Shown piece after piece: positions 9,155 through 18,044 of a DNA stretch of 64,000 bases. Numbering within the stretch: position 1 is the stretch's first letter; the number at the start of each line of letters is the position of its first letter. The translations under genes and the position numbers were made by a program. The notes under the pieces are model-generated. The model did no database searches and was not told where the DNA came from. It saw nothing but the letters and a program-made list of their open reading frames with translations. The stretch comes from Flavobacteriales bacterium (GTDB taxonomy: Bacteria; Bacteroidota; Bacteroidia; Flavobacteriales_C; GCA-002722245), in contig PBLA01000007.1 of assembly GCA_002722245.1 (NCBI GenBank), forward strand, positions 55,723 to 119,722, in the 5' to 3' direction.

Positions 9155-10195
9155 TTGCAGAAAAGTAAGGAAAATATAAGACTATTATCTCTTGAGGAAC
9201 TACAGCGCTATTTTTTAACTGTTGGAGAAAAAGCCTTTCGAGCCAAACAAGTATATGAGTGGTTATGGAAAAAATCAGCGATGAATTTTAACGAGATGAC
9301 CAATCTTTCTAAGGCACTTCGTAAACTTCTTCAAGAAAATTTCATTTTACCGGCAGTTAAAATTAAAAAAAGTCAAGTGAGTTCGGACCGTACAATCAAA
9401 AACGCTTTCGAATTGGCTGATGGAAACATTGTAGAAGGCGTTCTAATTCCTGCATCGGACCGAATGACGGCATGTATTTCATCCCAGGTGGGATGTAGTT
9501 TAACCTGTAAATTTTGTGCTACTGGACGTTTAAAGCGATTACGAAATATTGGCTTTGATGAAATTGTAGATCAGGTGGTTCACATTAAGCATCAGGCTGA
9601 AAAACATTACAATTCACCCTTAACGAACATTGTCTATATGGGAATGGGAGAACCTTTATTGAACTATCGTGGCATGATGGATTCGATTGAGAAAATCACT
9701 TCTCCTGATGGACTAGGAATGTCTCCAAAAAGAATCACCGTATCCACTGCTGGAATTGCTAAAATGATTAAAAAATTGGGAGATGATGGCGTGAAATTTA
9801 ATCTTGCGCTTTCTCTTCACGCGGCAAATGATAAAAAACGTGATCATATCATGCCCATTAATGAGCAAAATTCACTTGACGCGCTCGGGGAAGCACTCCT
9901 ATACTTTTACGAAAAAACGGGGACGAGAGTAACATATGAATATATTGTATTCAAAGACTTTAATGATAGTATTGAAGATGCAATTGAATTAGCTGACTTT
10001 GCAAAAAAGCTCCCTTGTAAAATTAACATTATTGAATACAATCCAATCGAAGATGGTGAATTCCAACAAACGACTCCTGAACGATTGGATGCATTTGTAG
10101 GTCATCTTGAAAGTAAAAACCTTGTAGTCAATGTTAGAAGATCTCGAGGGAAAGACATTGATGCAGCCTGTGGTCAACTCGCGAATAAACATTAA
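9155..10195 (+). CDS. rlmN: 23S rRNA/tRNA adenine-C2 methyltransferase, radical SAM
   Basis: The radical SAM motif is CSLTCKFCATG, and the N-terminal segment GEKAFRAKQVYEWLW matches RlmN. The start is TTG, and it is the only start codon upstream of the conserved N-terminus. Confidence 0.9.
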   Translation: MQKSKENIRLLSLEELQRYFLTVGEKAFRAKQVYEWLWKKSAMNFNEMTNLSKALRKLLQENFILPAVKIKKSQVSSDRTIKNAFELADGNIVEGVLIPASDRMTACISSQVGCSLTCKFCATGRLKRLRNIGFDEIVDQVVHIKHQAEKHYNSPLTNIVYMGMGEPLLNYRGMMDSIEKITSPDGLGMSPKRITVSTAGIAKMIKKLGDDGVKFNLALSLHAANDKKRDHIMPINEQNSLDALGEALLYFYEKTGTRVTYEYIVFKDFNDSIEDAIELADFAKKLPCKINIIEYNPIEDGEFQQTTPERLDAFVGHLESKNLVVNVRRSRGKDIDAACGQLANKH

Positions 10196-10274
10196 TTCTT
10201 TGGCAAAAAGTTGAGCTTTATTAAAAAATAAATTGCTCGTTCCTATTTTGTTTTAATCAAGAAATCTAGATCAT

Positions 10275-11252
10275 CTATTTCTCGCGTTCTGTGGTGTAAA
10301 GTATCAAATCGATTAAACTTTGCCTGGATGGTGTTTCAGGATATGTTTTAATAATTTCCATCGCCTGAGCTCGAACTTCGTACATTTTTTGCTTGGTATA
10401 TTCAATCCCACCCGATTTTTTTACTTTTTGAATAAGTTCTGTGACTTTCTTTTGATTTTCATTGTGATTCTTTACCACATCGATCATCCATCTTTTCTCT
10501 TTTCGATCGGCATTATTTAACGCATAAATCATCGGAAGGGTCATTTTCCGCTCTTTGATATCAATCCCCACTGGTTTTCCTATAAGACTCACCGAAGATT
10601 CATAATCAAAAAGGTCATCTTTAATTTGGAATGCTATTCCAATTTTTTCTCCTAACAATCTTAACTTTTCAACTTCCTCTTTATTCGCTCCTGCAGAGGA
10701 AGCTCCTGAAGCACAACATGCGGCAATTAAAGTTGCAGTCTTTTGCCGAATAATTTGGAAGTAAACATCTTCTTTGATATCTAAACGCCGTGCCTTTTCA
10801 ATTTGTAGCAACTCCCCCTCGCTCATCTCTTTGGTTACATCGGAAATAATTTCTAAAAAATCATAATCCTGATACTTTGCTGCCAATTGGAGTCCCTTAC
10901 TTAAAAGAAAATCACCTACTAAAACTGCAATCTTATTTTTCCAAAGTGCATTCACTGAGAAAAAACCTCTTCTCTTATTGGCATCATCCACCACATCATC
11001 ATGAACCAATGTGGCAGTATGAATCATTTCAATTAAATTCGCCGCTCGATATGATCGATCTGTTACTCCTCCACACAAATTCGCTGCTAAAAAAACAAAC
11101 ATAGGTCGCATTTGTTTCCCCTTACGCTTGACGATATAGTGGGTAATTTTATCCAGTAATGGTGCATTCCCTTTCATGGCTTCCCTAAACTTGTTTTCAA
11201 ACAAGTCCATTTCCTTTGATATAGGCGCTTTTATCGATTTAACAGATGCCAC
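10275..11252 (-). CDS. ispB: Polyprenyl (octaprenyl/solanesyl-type) diphosphate synthase
   Basis: Two Asp-rich motifs are present (LVHDDVVDD and FQIKDDLFD). The start codon is GTG. Confidence 0.8.
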   Translation of the reverse strand: MASVKSIKAPISKEMDLFENKFREAMKGNAPLLDKITHYIVKRKGKQMRPMFVFLAANLCGGVTDRSYRAANLIEMIHTATLVHDDVVDDANKRRGFFSVNALWKNKIAVLVGDFLLSKGLQLAAKYQDYDFLEIISDVTKEMSEGELLQIEKARRLDIKEDVYFQIIRQKTATLIAACCASGASSAGANKEEVEKLRLLGEKIGIAFQIKDDLFDYESSVSLIGKPVGIDIKERKMTLPMIYALNNADRKEKRWMIDVVKNHNENQKKVTELIQKVKKSGGIEYTKQKMYEVRAQAMEIIKTYPETPSRQSLIDLILYTTEREK

Positions 11253-11259
11253 TGACCTG

Positions 11260-11267
11260 TAAAATTA
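11260..11267 (-). promoter_or_regulatory. -7-like box TAATTTTA, 7 nt upstream of the prenyl synthase GTG start
   Basis: The minus strand reads TAATTTTAcaggtcaGTG. Confidence 0.35.
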
Positions 11268-11329
11268 GGCATTTTTTATGCGCAAAACTGGTTTATAGGA
11301 AAATAACGGATTGTTTTTAATGGATATAC

Positions 11330-12349
11330 TTAAGCCAATTTCAGGGTAAAAGAAAACGTAGAACCCACTCCTACTTTACTATTCACATTCATGGATTGGC
11401 CATGAGCCTCAACAATATGCTTTACTATGGATAATCCTAAACCTGACCCCCCTTGTTTCCGTCCACCGCTTTTATCAACACGATAAAAGCGCTGGAAAAC
11501 CTTAAGAAGATTTTCATCCGATATACCGTGACCATCATCAATTACCTCAATGTGAACAATTTGATCACTCATGGTATTAAATCCAACATCTACACTTCCG
11601 CCTTCTTTACCATATTTAATGGCGTTAACAACCAAGTTTGAAATTACCTGATAGATTCTATTTCGATCAGCATCAACAAAAATTTGTTTCTTAGGAGAAG
11701 TTCTAAATGCGACCGTAATATTTCGTTCTTTAGCTGTTAATTCAAGCGCATCAAACACTTCTCTTACCAACTGAATCAAATCAAATGTTTCATACTCAAG
11801 TGGGAACTCTCCAGAATCTAATTTTGTAATTAAATCTAAATCATCTAATAAATCAATAATCCGTTCAATGCTTTTGTCGGCCCTTCTTAAATAATCGCGA
11901 TTTATTCTCTCATCCTCTAATCCTCCATCCAGTAATGTCAATATATAACCCTGCGTTGTAAATATGGGTGTTTTTAATTCATGGGCAATATTGCCAATAT
12001 ATTCCCGTCTAAAATTTTGTTGCTCATTAAGGGTTTCTTCTTCTTTCTCTTGCTTCTCTAAATACGTATTTACTTTAGAATCAATCAACTCAAAGGGGTC
12101 ATCTAATAATTTTAAAACTCTTCTCTCATAAGTGATGTTTAATAATTTGTCCAAAATCAAATTCATCCTTTCGAAAATGAATTTGTCTAACACCCATTGT
12201 GACACAATAAATATGAGTCCTCCGATAGCCATTGCGATAAGAGAGGATATACCAAAACCTACATCTGAAAAAACAAGCAGAAGAACAAGAATTATGGAAC
12301 AACCAATAACACTAAAAGAAATTGTAATATGAATAGGTTTTTTGAACAT
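11330..12349 (-). CDS. Sensor histidine kinase (PhoR-like by context)
   Basis: Two adjacent N-terminal TM helices have almost no external loop. The H-box is IAHELKTPI and the HATPase motifs are NLVVNAIKYG, DDGHGI and GSGLGLSIV. It overlaps the regulator gene by 1 nt. Confidence 0.85.
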   Translation of the reverse strand: MFKKPIHITISFSVIGCSIILVLLLVFSDVGFGISSLIAMAIGGLIFIVSQWVLDKFIFERMNLILDKLLNITYERRVLKLLDDPFELIDSKVNTYLEKQEKEEETLNEQQNFRREYIGNIAHELKTPIFTTQGYILTLLDGGLEDERINRDYLRRADKSIERIIDLLDDLDLITKLDSGEFPLEYETFDLIQLVREVFDALELTAKERNITVAFRTSPKKQIFVDADRNRIYQVISNLVVNAIKYGKEGGSVDVGFNTMSDQIVHIEVIDDGHGISDENLLKVFQRFYRVDKSGGRKQGGSGLGLSIVKHIVEAHGQSMNVNSKVGVGSTFSFTLKLA

Positions 12350-13032
12350 TATTCAGGCGACACAAATTTATAGCCTACACCTTTTACAGTTTCAAAATAA
12401 TTATCCCCAAACTTTTCTCTCAATTTTCTAATATGAACGTCAATGGTTCGATCGCCTACAATCACCTCGGATCCCCAAACTCTTTTCATAATGGATTCCC
12501 TGTCAAAAACTTTACCTGGAGCAGAAAACAACAAACCAAAAAGCTCCATTTCTTTCCGAGGTAGCGTTCTTGATTCACCATTTTTAATCACAATATATTT
12601 ATCCCAATCCAGTGTGAATTCACCAAAAGATACTTGAGGTTTATCGTCGTTCTTATTCGTACCACGACGCATAACCGCTTTAATCCTTGATAAGAGCACA
12701 CGCGGTCGAACAGGTTTTGCAATATAATCGTCAGCTCCTGCTTCTAATCCTGAAATTTCCGAATAATCCTCAGATCGTGCAGTTAAAAATAAAATTTTTG
12801 GATCATTAATGCTTATGTCTTGCTTAATTTGATAACACGTTTCTATCCCATCTAAATCGGGCATCATAACGTCCAATATGATAATGTCTGGTTTAAACAC
12901 CTTGTTCAATTTAATCGCCTCTATTCCATTGTTCGCTTTTTGAACAACATATCCTTCATTTTCTAGGTTATACCCTACAAATTCCAAGATATCTTTTTCA
13001 TCATCTACAATCAAAATTTTACATCCGTCCAT
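12349..13032 (-). CDS. Response regulator, OmpR/PhoB family
   Basis: Receiver motifs are ILIVDDE, LDVMMPDLDG and IAKPV. The winged-helix C-terminus reads DRTIDVHIRKLREKF...GVGYKF. Confidence 0.9.
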   Translation of the reverse strand: MDGCKILIVDDEKDILEFVGYNLENEGYVVQKANNGIEAIKLNKVFKPDIIILDVMMPDLDGIETCYQIKQDISINDPKILFLTARSEDYSEISGLEAGADDYIAKPVRPRVLLSRIKAVMRRGTNKNDDKPQVSFGEFTLDWDKYIVIKNGESRTLPRKEMELFGLLFSAPGKVFDRESIMKRVWGSEVIVGDRTIDVHIRKLREKFGDNYFETVKGVGYKFVSPE

Positions 13033-13307
13033 ACATCTAATTTAAAGAGAAAAAATAGAACAAAGATTAACAACCTGCAGGCCGATAATCATTAAATCAG
13101 TCTTCAGGTATATCTTAGATTCAATTAACATTACTACATAAGCTAAAAGCGATTCTTTATTTGTTCATTAAGATAGTAATTGGCTAGGTAGAAATCAAAC
13201 CGTTGTTTTGTCATTCTTTCACGTTTATCATTTTACAGAATATTTAGTTCAATGATCGTCAACGTCTTTTATTACAACAAATTACCATTTGTTCTATCTT
13301 CTTTTTT

Positions 13308-13315
13308 TATTTTTG
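13308..13315 (+). promoter_or_regulatory. -7 box TATTTTTG upstream of the Na/Pi cotransporter gene (about 80-nt leader)
   Basis: This is a perfect TAnnTTTG 83 nt before the ATG at 13399. The leader contains the hairpin gttgctt...aagcaac (13338-13361). Confidence 0.35.
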
Positions 13316-13398
13316 CAAAACTTTAAAAGTGTATCAAGTTGCTTCATAAGATTAAAGCAACATGATTAATTTTAATTTGTGGTAACAAATCGTTTAGA

Positions 13399-15093
13399 AT
13401 GGAGTTTGGAATTATTAATGCATTAAATATCCTTGGAGCGCTTGCTTTTTTCATTTTCGGAATGAAAATGATGAGTGATGGTATTCAGAAAGCGGCAGGG
13501 GGTAGTTTAAAGAAAATACTTGAAGCAATGACCAAGAACAGGTTCTTAGGTGTTGTATCGGGATTTTTAGTAACTACACTCGTACAATCCTCCTCAGCAA
13601 CTACGGTAATGACCGTGAGCTTTGTTAACGCAGGCTTAGTCTCACTGACACAATCTGCTGGAATTCTTCTGGGCGCAAATATTGGAACTACTATTACCGC
13701 ATGGCTCGTTGATCGTTTAGGATTTGAGGTAGATATCTCAGTCGCTTGTTTACCTCTTATTGCCCTATCCGTTCCCATGCTGTTTGCGAAAAGAAAAAGA
13801 ATTAAGTTTTACGGAGAGTTTATTCTTGGTTTCGCGATATTGTTCTGGGGGTTACATGAACTAAAGGACGCTGTTCCTAAAGGCAGCCCTGAAGCATTAC
13901 AATTTTTAGAGGCTTATGCAGATGGAGGTTTTTTATCCAATATTTTATTCATAGGAGTTGGAACCCTACTCACGGTTATTGTGCAATCCTCAAGTGCAGC
14001 AATGACACTTACAATTACGCTTGCTGCCAGTGGTATTATTCCATTTGAGATAGCCGCAGCCATTGTTTTGGGAGAGAATATTGGTACTACAATTACCGCA
14101 TGGCTTGCGTCAATACCAGGAAATGTTCATGCAAAAAGAGCTGCAAGAATCCACTCCTTATTTAATATTATTGGCGTTGTTTGGATGATTATACTCATTA
14201 GTTTCTTTGTTGATTTACCTCCGATTATCCAATGGATTAACCAAACAATTTTACTAGACAATACAGATATTTTATCTCCTGATGGAAGAGGAAGGGGTAT
14301 TGCTATTTTTCACACCATGTTTAATGTCGTAAACGTGGCGATACTTATTTGGTTTATCCCATGGTTGGTGAATACAGCTACCAAACTGGTAAAGTCAAAA
14401 GGAGAAGAAGACGAAGTATTTAAACTAGATTACATTGGAGAAGGACTACTTCCCTCTAATGAGTTATCGTTAATGGAAGCAAAAAAAGAAGTTCGCCAAT
14501 TTGCCTATACCACATCAAAAATGAATACATTGATCAGAGCCTTGGTCAAAGAAAACGAGTCTAAAAAATTTGGAAAATTAGTCATTAAAATCAAAAATTT
14601 CGAAGAGGTTACTGATCGATTTGAAGAGGAAATTGCCAAGTATCTGGTAAAAATTGGACAAGGAGCACTAACCGAAAATCTTGCGTTGCGTATTCAAGCA
14701 CTACATAAAATTATAGCCAATTTAGAGCGAGTTGGTGATATTTATTACAGAATGTCATTAACTCTTGAAAAAAAGCGAAACTCAAAAGTTTGGTTTACGC
14801 AATCGCAACGGAACGAATTGTATGGTTACTTAGATTTAATTGACAAAATTTTTGCAGAAGTGCAAAAACATTTAGATGCTGAATTTGAATCCATTCCTCT
14901 TGAAACATCCATAATTATGGAAAAAGAAAATTTTAAATTGGAGAAGCGATTACGAAAACTTCATATTGAGGAATTGGAAAAAGGAGAGTATGATTTCAAG
15001 TCGGGAATGCATTACCGAGATTTATTCATGGCCTGTGAAAAAGTAGGAGATCACCTCATCAATGTTTCAGAGGCTATGCAACTGAAAATTTAA
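13399..15093 (+). CDS. Na+/phosphate cotransporter family protein with PhoU-like C-terminal domain
   Basis: The Na_Pi_cotrans repeats are duplicated (QSSSATT...GANIGTTITAW and QSSSAAM...GENIGTTITAW). A soluble helical C-terminal region of about 200 aa follows. Confidence 0.85.
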   Translation: MEFGIINALNILGALAFFIFGMKMMSDGIQKAAGGSLKKILEAMTKNRFLGVVSGFLVTTLVQSSSATTVMTVSFVNAGLVSLTQSAGILLGANIGTTITAWLVDRLGFEVDISVACLPLIALSVPMLFAKRKRIKFYGEFILGFAILFWGLHELKDAVPKGSPEALQFLEAYADGGFLSNILFIGVGTLLTVIVQSSSAAMTLTITLAASGIIPFEIAAAIVLGENIGTTITAWLASIPGNVHAKRAARIHSLFNIIGVVWMIILISFFVDLPPIIQWINQTILLDNTDILSPDGRGRGIAIFHTMFNVVNVAILIWFIPWLVNTATKLVKSKGEEDEVFKLDYIGEGLLPSNELSLMEAKKEVRQFAYTTSKMNTLIRALVKENESKKFGKLVIKIKNFEEVTDRFEEEIAKYLVKIGQGALTENLALRIQALHKIIANLERVGDIYYRMSLTLEKKRNSKVWFTQSQRNELYGYLDLIDKIFAEVQKHLDAEFESIPLETSIIMEKENFKLEKRLRKLHIEELEKGEYDFKSGMHYRDLFMACEKVGDHLINVSEAMQLKI

Positions 15094-15563
15094 TCTTTTG
15101 TTTGCCAATTACAAGAAATGGTATCACTATAATGATTCGCCCGATCTATTATATAGCATGAATACCTATACATGCTATCATTCAATAAACTATAAATAGG
15201 TGCAGGTTTAATGGTTAAGGAGATTACACCCTCAATATTTTTATCTTTTGCGTTAGGTGTTAAATTCGGAATACTGTATGCCCGATTGGGAACCGAAGAA
15301 AGGGTTATAATGGAATCCAAGTGTTTCTCTTCATAAATTAAAAAACAATTAAACTCGCTTGAATCAATTGCTCCAATATCTCCATCTCCATCTTGAAAAG
15401 TAAACTCAAACTTTGCCGAGTCAATCGCATTTTCGGATGATTTAAATACTTCAAACCCTTGAAACTCAATTAAGGGAACTACATCAAAGTTATCATCCTT
15501 TATACAACCAACTAGTAAGAGAGCGGTTCCAATAATTAATGATATTTTTGTTTTATTCAGCAC
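15090..15563 (-). CDS. Hypothetical lipoprotein
   Basis: It has a signal peptide with a lipobox (LLLVGC) and a GTG start. I recognise no family. It overlaps the convergent transporter gene by 4 nt. Confidence 0.5.
   Translation of the reverse strand: MLNKTKISLIIGTALLLVGCIKDDNFDVVPLIEFQGFEVFKSSENAIDSAKFEFTFQDGDGDIGAIDSSEFNCFLIYEEKHLDSIITLSSVPNRAYSIPNLTPNAKDKNIEGVISLTIKPAPIYSLLNDSMYRYSCYIIDRANHYSDTISCNWQTKD
15543..15550 (+). promoter_or_regulatory. -7 box TATTTTTG for the LuxE-like gene, inside the divergent lipoprotein CDS
   Basis: This is a perfect TAnnTTTG 27 nt before the ATG at 15578. The two start codons are only 14 bp apart. Confidence 0.35.
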
Positions 15564-15577
15564 GAGGTTTAAAATAA

Positions 15578-16546
15578 ATGAATTTAAACGAAATTGAGCA
15601 AAAAATCTTTACCATTTACTCTGAAAATGAGTTTAGAGATCTTGCAATTGAAATATTCAAGTATCAGTATTCGCACTGTTTAATCTATCAGAAATATTGT
15701 GATTTACTCAATGTTATTCCAAATCGAGTCACTTCACTTGAACAAATTCCTTTTTTACCTATCCAATTTTTCAAATCACAGTCTATTAAATCTTCCTCAT
15801 TTAAACCCGTTAAAATATTTACAAGTAGTGGTACATCTGGACAAGCAACAAGTAAACATTTTATTAAAAATTTGAAGATTTATGAAAAAAGTTTTCTTAA
15901 ATCATTCCAATCATTCTACCCTCATTGGGAAAACTCAACAATTATAGGACTTCTTCCGAGCTACCTTGAAAGAAAGGGTTCATCGTTGATTCATATGGTT
16001 GATTATTTTATTGAACATACAATATCCAATGGAAGCAGATTTCAGCTCGAGTTAACGGATGAATTTTTACATTTTCTCCTTCATGATGAACGCCCTAAAA
16101 TTCTATTTGGTGTAACCTTTGCCCTACTGGAATTAGCAAAAAAAAATATTCAATTGAAAAATACCATAATAATTGAAACTGGCGGAATGAAAGGAAGAGG
16201 GAAAGAAATCACACGAGAACAGCTTCATCTCATTTTACAAGATTCACTTTCGCCTCATGCCATTCATTCAGAATATGGGATGACTGAATTATTGTCTCAA
16301 AGTTACCTTCAGAAGGAATTCTTTATGACTCCAAAATGGTTAAAACCATTGGTTAGAGAAACTACCGATCCTCTTCACGTTAAAACTGAGGGAAAAGGAG
16401 CGCTTAATTTTATTGATCTTGCGAATCTTTATTCCTGCTCTTTTATTGCAACTGATGATTTAGGAACGGTAAAAGATGGTCAATTTAAGGTTTCTGGTAG
16501 ATTGGATCATTCCGCGTTAAGAGGATGTAATTTGCTGGTACTTTAA
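15578..16546 (+). CDS. LuxE/PaaK-like acyl-adenylate-forming enzyme (acyl-protein synthetase family)
   Basis: Motifs of the adenylate-forming superfamily are present (TSSGTSGQ, SEYGMTELLSQ, ETGGMKGRGKE). The length of 322 aa fits the LuxE-like family. Confidence 0.6.
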   Translation: MNLNEIEQKIFTIYSENEFRDLAIEIFKYQYSHCLIYQKYCDLLNVIPNRVTSLEQIPFLPIQFFKSQSIKSSSFKPVKIFTSSGTSGQATSKHFIKNLKIYEKSFLKSFQSFYPHWENSTIIGLLPSYLERKGSSLIHMVDYFIEHTISNGSRFQLELTDEFLHFLLHDERPKILFGVTFALLELAKKNIQLKNTIIIETGGMKGRGKEITREQLHLILQDSLSPHAIHSEYGMTELLSQSYLQKEFFMTPKWLKPLVRETTDPLHVKTEGKGALNFIDLANLYSCSFIATDDLGTVKDGQFKVSGRLDHSALRGCNLLVL

Positions 16547-16550
16547 GAAC

Positions 16551-18044
16551 CTATAGCACATCCAGGCGTTGAGCGTCAAACTTCACGAACATAAATAGCA
16601 AAGCCGTAAAACCAAATAGGGAGGATCCTCCATAACTCATAAATGGTAACGGAATTCCAATAACAGGCATAATTTGTAACGTCATACCAATATTTACCAA
16701 TAGGTGAAAGAACAAAATAGAGGCGACACTGTATCCATAGATTCTACTCATTTTAGAACGCTGTTTTTCTGCCTTTTGTAGTAACCTAAAAATCAAGGCA
16801 ACAAACAAAAGTATAACAAATGAAGTTCCAAAAAATCCCCACTCTTCTCCAACAGTACAGAAAATGTAATCTGTACTTTGTTCGGGAACCCATTTCCCTT
16901 TTGTGTGGGTTCCTTCCAAATAGCCCTTTCCTAAGAACCCTCCAGAACCAATTGCATTTAATGCCTGATCAGTTTGAAAACTGACGGTTTTATCATGTTT
17001 TTTACCAAGAATAATTTCAATTCGCTCCTTTTGATGAGGTTGAAGCACGTTGTAAGCTTGTTCAATAAATCCAACATAACCTAATGCAACTACCAAACTC
17101 CCCACAATCACACCTCTTTCTATTCTTTTCCATAATTCTGGAACACTAATGATTACAATAACATTTATAGATATCCATCCCCAAAGCACATAAGTATTGA
17201 ATGACGCGCTCCAATCAAACACTCCCATAAAAATTAAAAAGAGGACAACAGAGCCAATCGTAATTAATGCCATGTTTGTTCTTTTTATAAAACTGGCGTA
17301 CACAATTACCGCAAGTACTCCTAATGCAGTAAACGCAACATGTTTATCAAACATGAGTGTTAGTATGGCTAAAACAATGGCTAAAAGTCCAACAATAAAT
17401 ACCCTCCCAATAACACCCTCTCGGTAAAACACAAAGAAAAAAGAGCTAAAAACTAATGCGGATCCTGTATCATCTTGTCCAAGAATTAAAAACATGGGTA
17501 ACAGAATAATCGCAAGCGGGAACACTTGACCATATACATCAGTATCTGAAAGAGAAAATACTTTTTTACCTCGAATAAATCGACTAAAATTTCGACCAAT
17601 ATCCTCAATAGAAGCCACTTCGCTTTTTTTATTCCTCGTAATGGAACCTAAATATGCGCTTAAAAATAACGCCGTGGCAAATTTGGCAAACTCAGCAGGT
17701 TGTAATTTAAAAGGGCCTAAATCAATCCAAGCTTTTGCTCCTTTCACATCTCGCGCAATAAAAATAACAACAAAAAGTAATAGACTTACTAAAGCATATA
17801 TAAACGGGGACATTGCTCTAAAAAACTTACCTTCAAAAGCCATGATCCCCAAAGCAATAATTAACGATGCTCCAATCCAAAGAGCTTGTTTACCACTTCG
17901 ATGTCCAAGATCAAAAAAATCAGAATGAGCAGGATTAAAATCCGCTGCATAAATATTCAATACTCCCAAAAGACAAAGAGTGAGATAGATTCCAATAATA
18001 ACCCAGTCAACATTCAGTAATATATTCCCTCTTTGCTTATTCAA
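16551..18044 (-). CDS. rodA: SEDS-family peptidoglycan polymerase RodA (long form, 497 aa)
   Basis: FtsW/RodA/SpoVE signatures are present (QPAEFAKF, TDYIFCTVGEEWGF, IGIPLPFMSYGGSS). It is the last gene of the mre-mrd operon. Confidence 0.9.
   Translation of the reverse strand: MNKQRGNILLNVDWVIIGIYLTLCLLGVLNIYAADFNPAHSDFFDLGHRSGKQALWIGASLIIALGIMAFEGKFFRAMSPFIYALVSLLLFVVIFIARDVKGAKAWIDLGPFKLQPAEFAKFATALFLSAYLGSITRNKKSEVASIEDIGRNFSRFIRGKKVFSLSDTDVYGQVFPLAIILLPMFLILGQDDTGSALVFSSFFFVFYREGVIGRVFIVGLLAIVLAILTLMFDKHVAFTALGVLAVIVYASFIKRTNMALITIGSVVLFLIFMGVFDWSASFNTYVLWGWISINVIVIISVPELWKRIERGVIVGSLVVALGYVGFIEQAYNVLQPHQKERIEIILGKKHDKTVSFQTDQALNAIGSGGFLGKGYLEGTHTKGKWVPEQSTDYIFCTVGEEWGFFGTSFVILLFVALIFRLLQKAEKQRSKMSRIYGYSVASILFFHLLVNIGMTLQIMPVIGIPLPFMSYGGSSLFGFTALLFMFVKFDAQRLDVL

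Noticed and set aside
10199-10216. A sigma-54-like element, TGGCAaaaagTTGAgc, just after rlmN.
   Set aside because: The spacing is one base short of GG-N10-GC, and the -12 element reads GA rather than GC. It also points into the 3' end of a convergent gene, so it has nothing to drive.
13209-13231. Pho-box-like half sites (TGTCAT at 13209-13214 and TTATCAT at 13225-13231) in the divergent region of the Pho-like module.
   Set aside because: The spacing is 17 bp rather than the 11-bp periodicity of PhoB boxes. The second half-site is weak, and the Bacteroidota Pho box is not defined.
13252-13326. A 24-codon hydrophobic ORF (MIVNVFYYNKLPFVLSSFFIFAKL) in the 366-bp intergenic region.
   Set aside because: It has no promoter box at an appropriate distance and it overlaps the predicted Na/Pi promoter. 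Its composition is what AT-rich DNA yields by chance.
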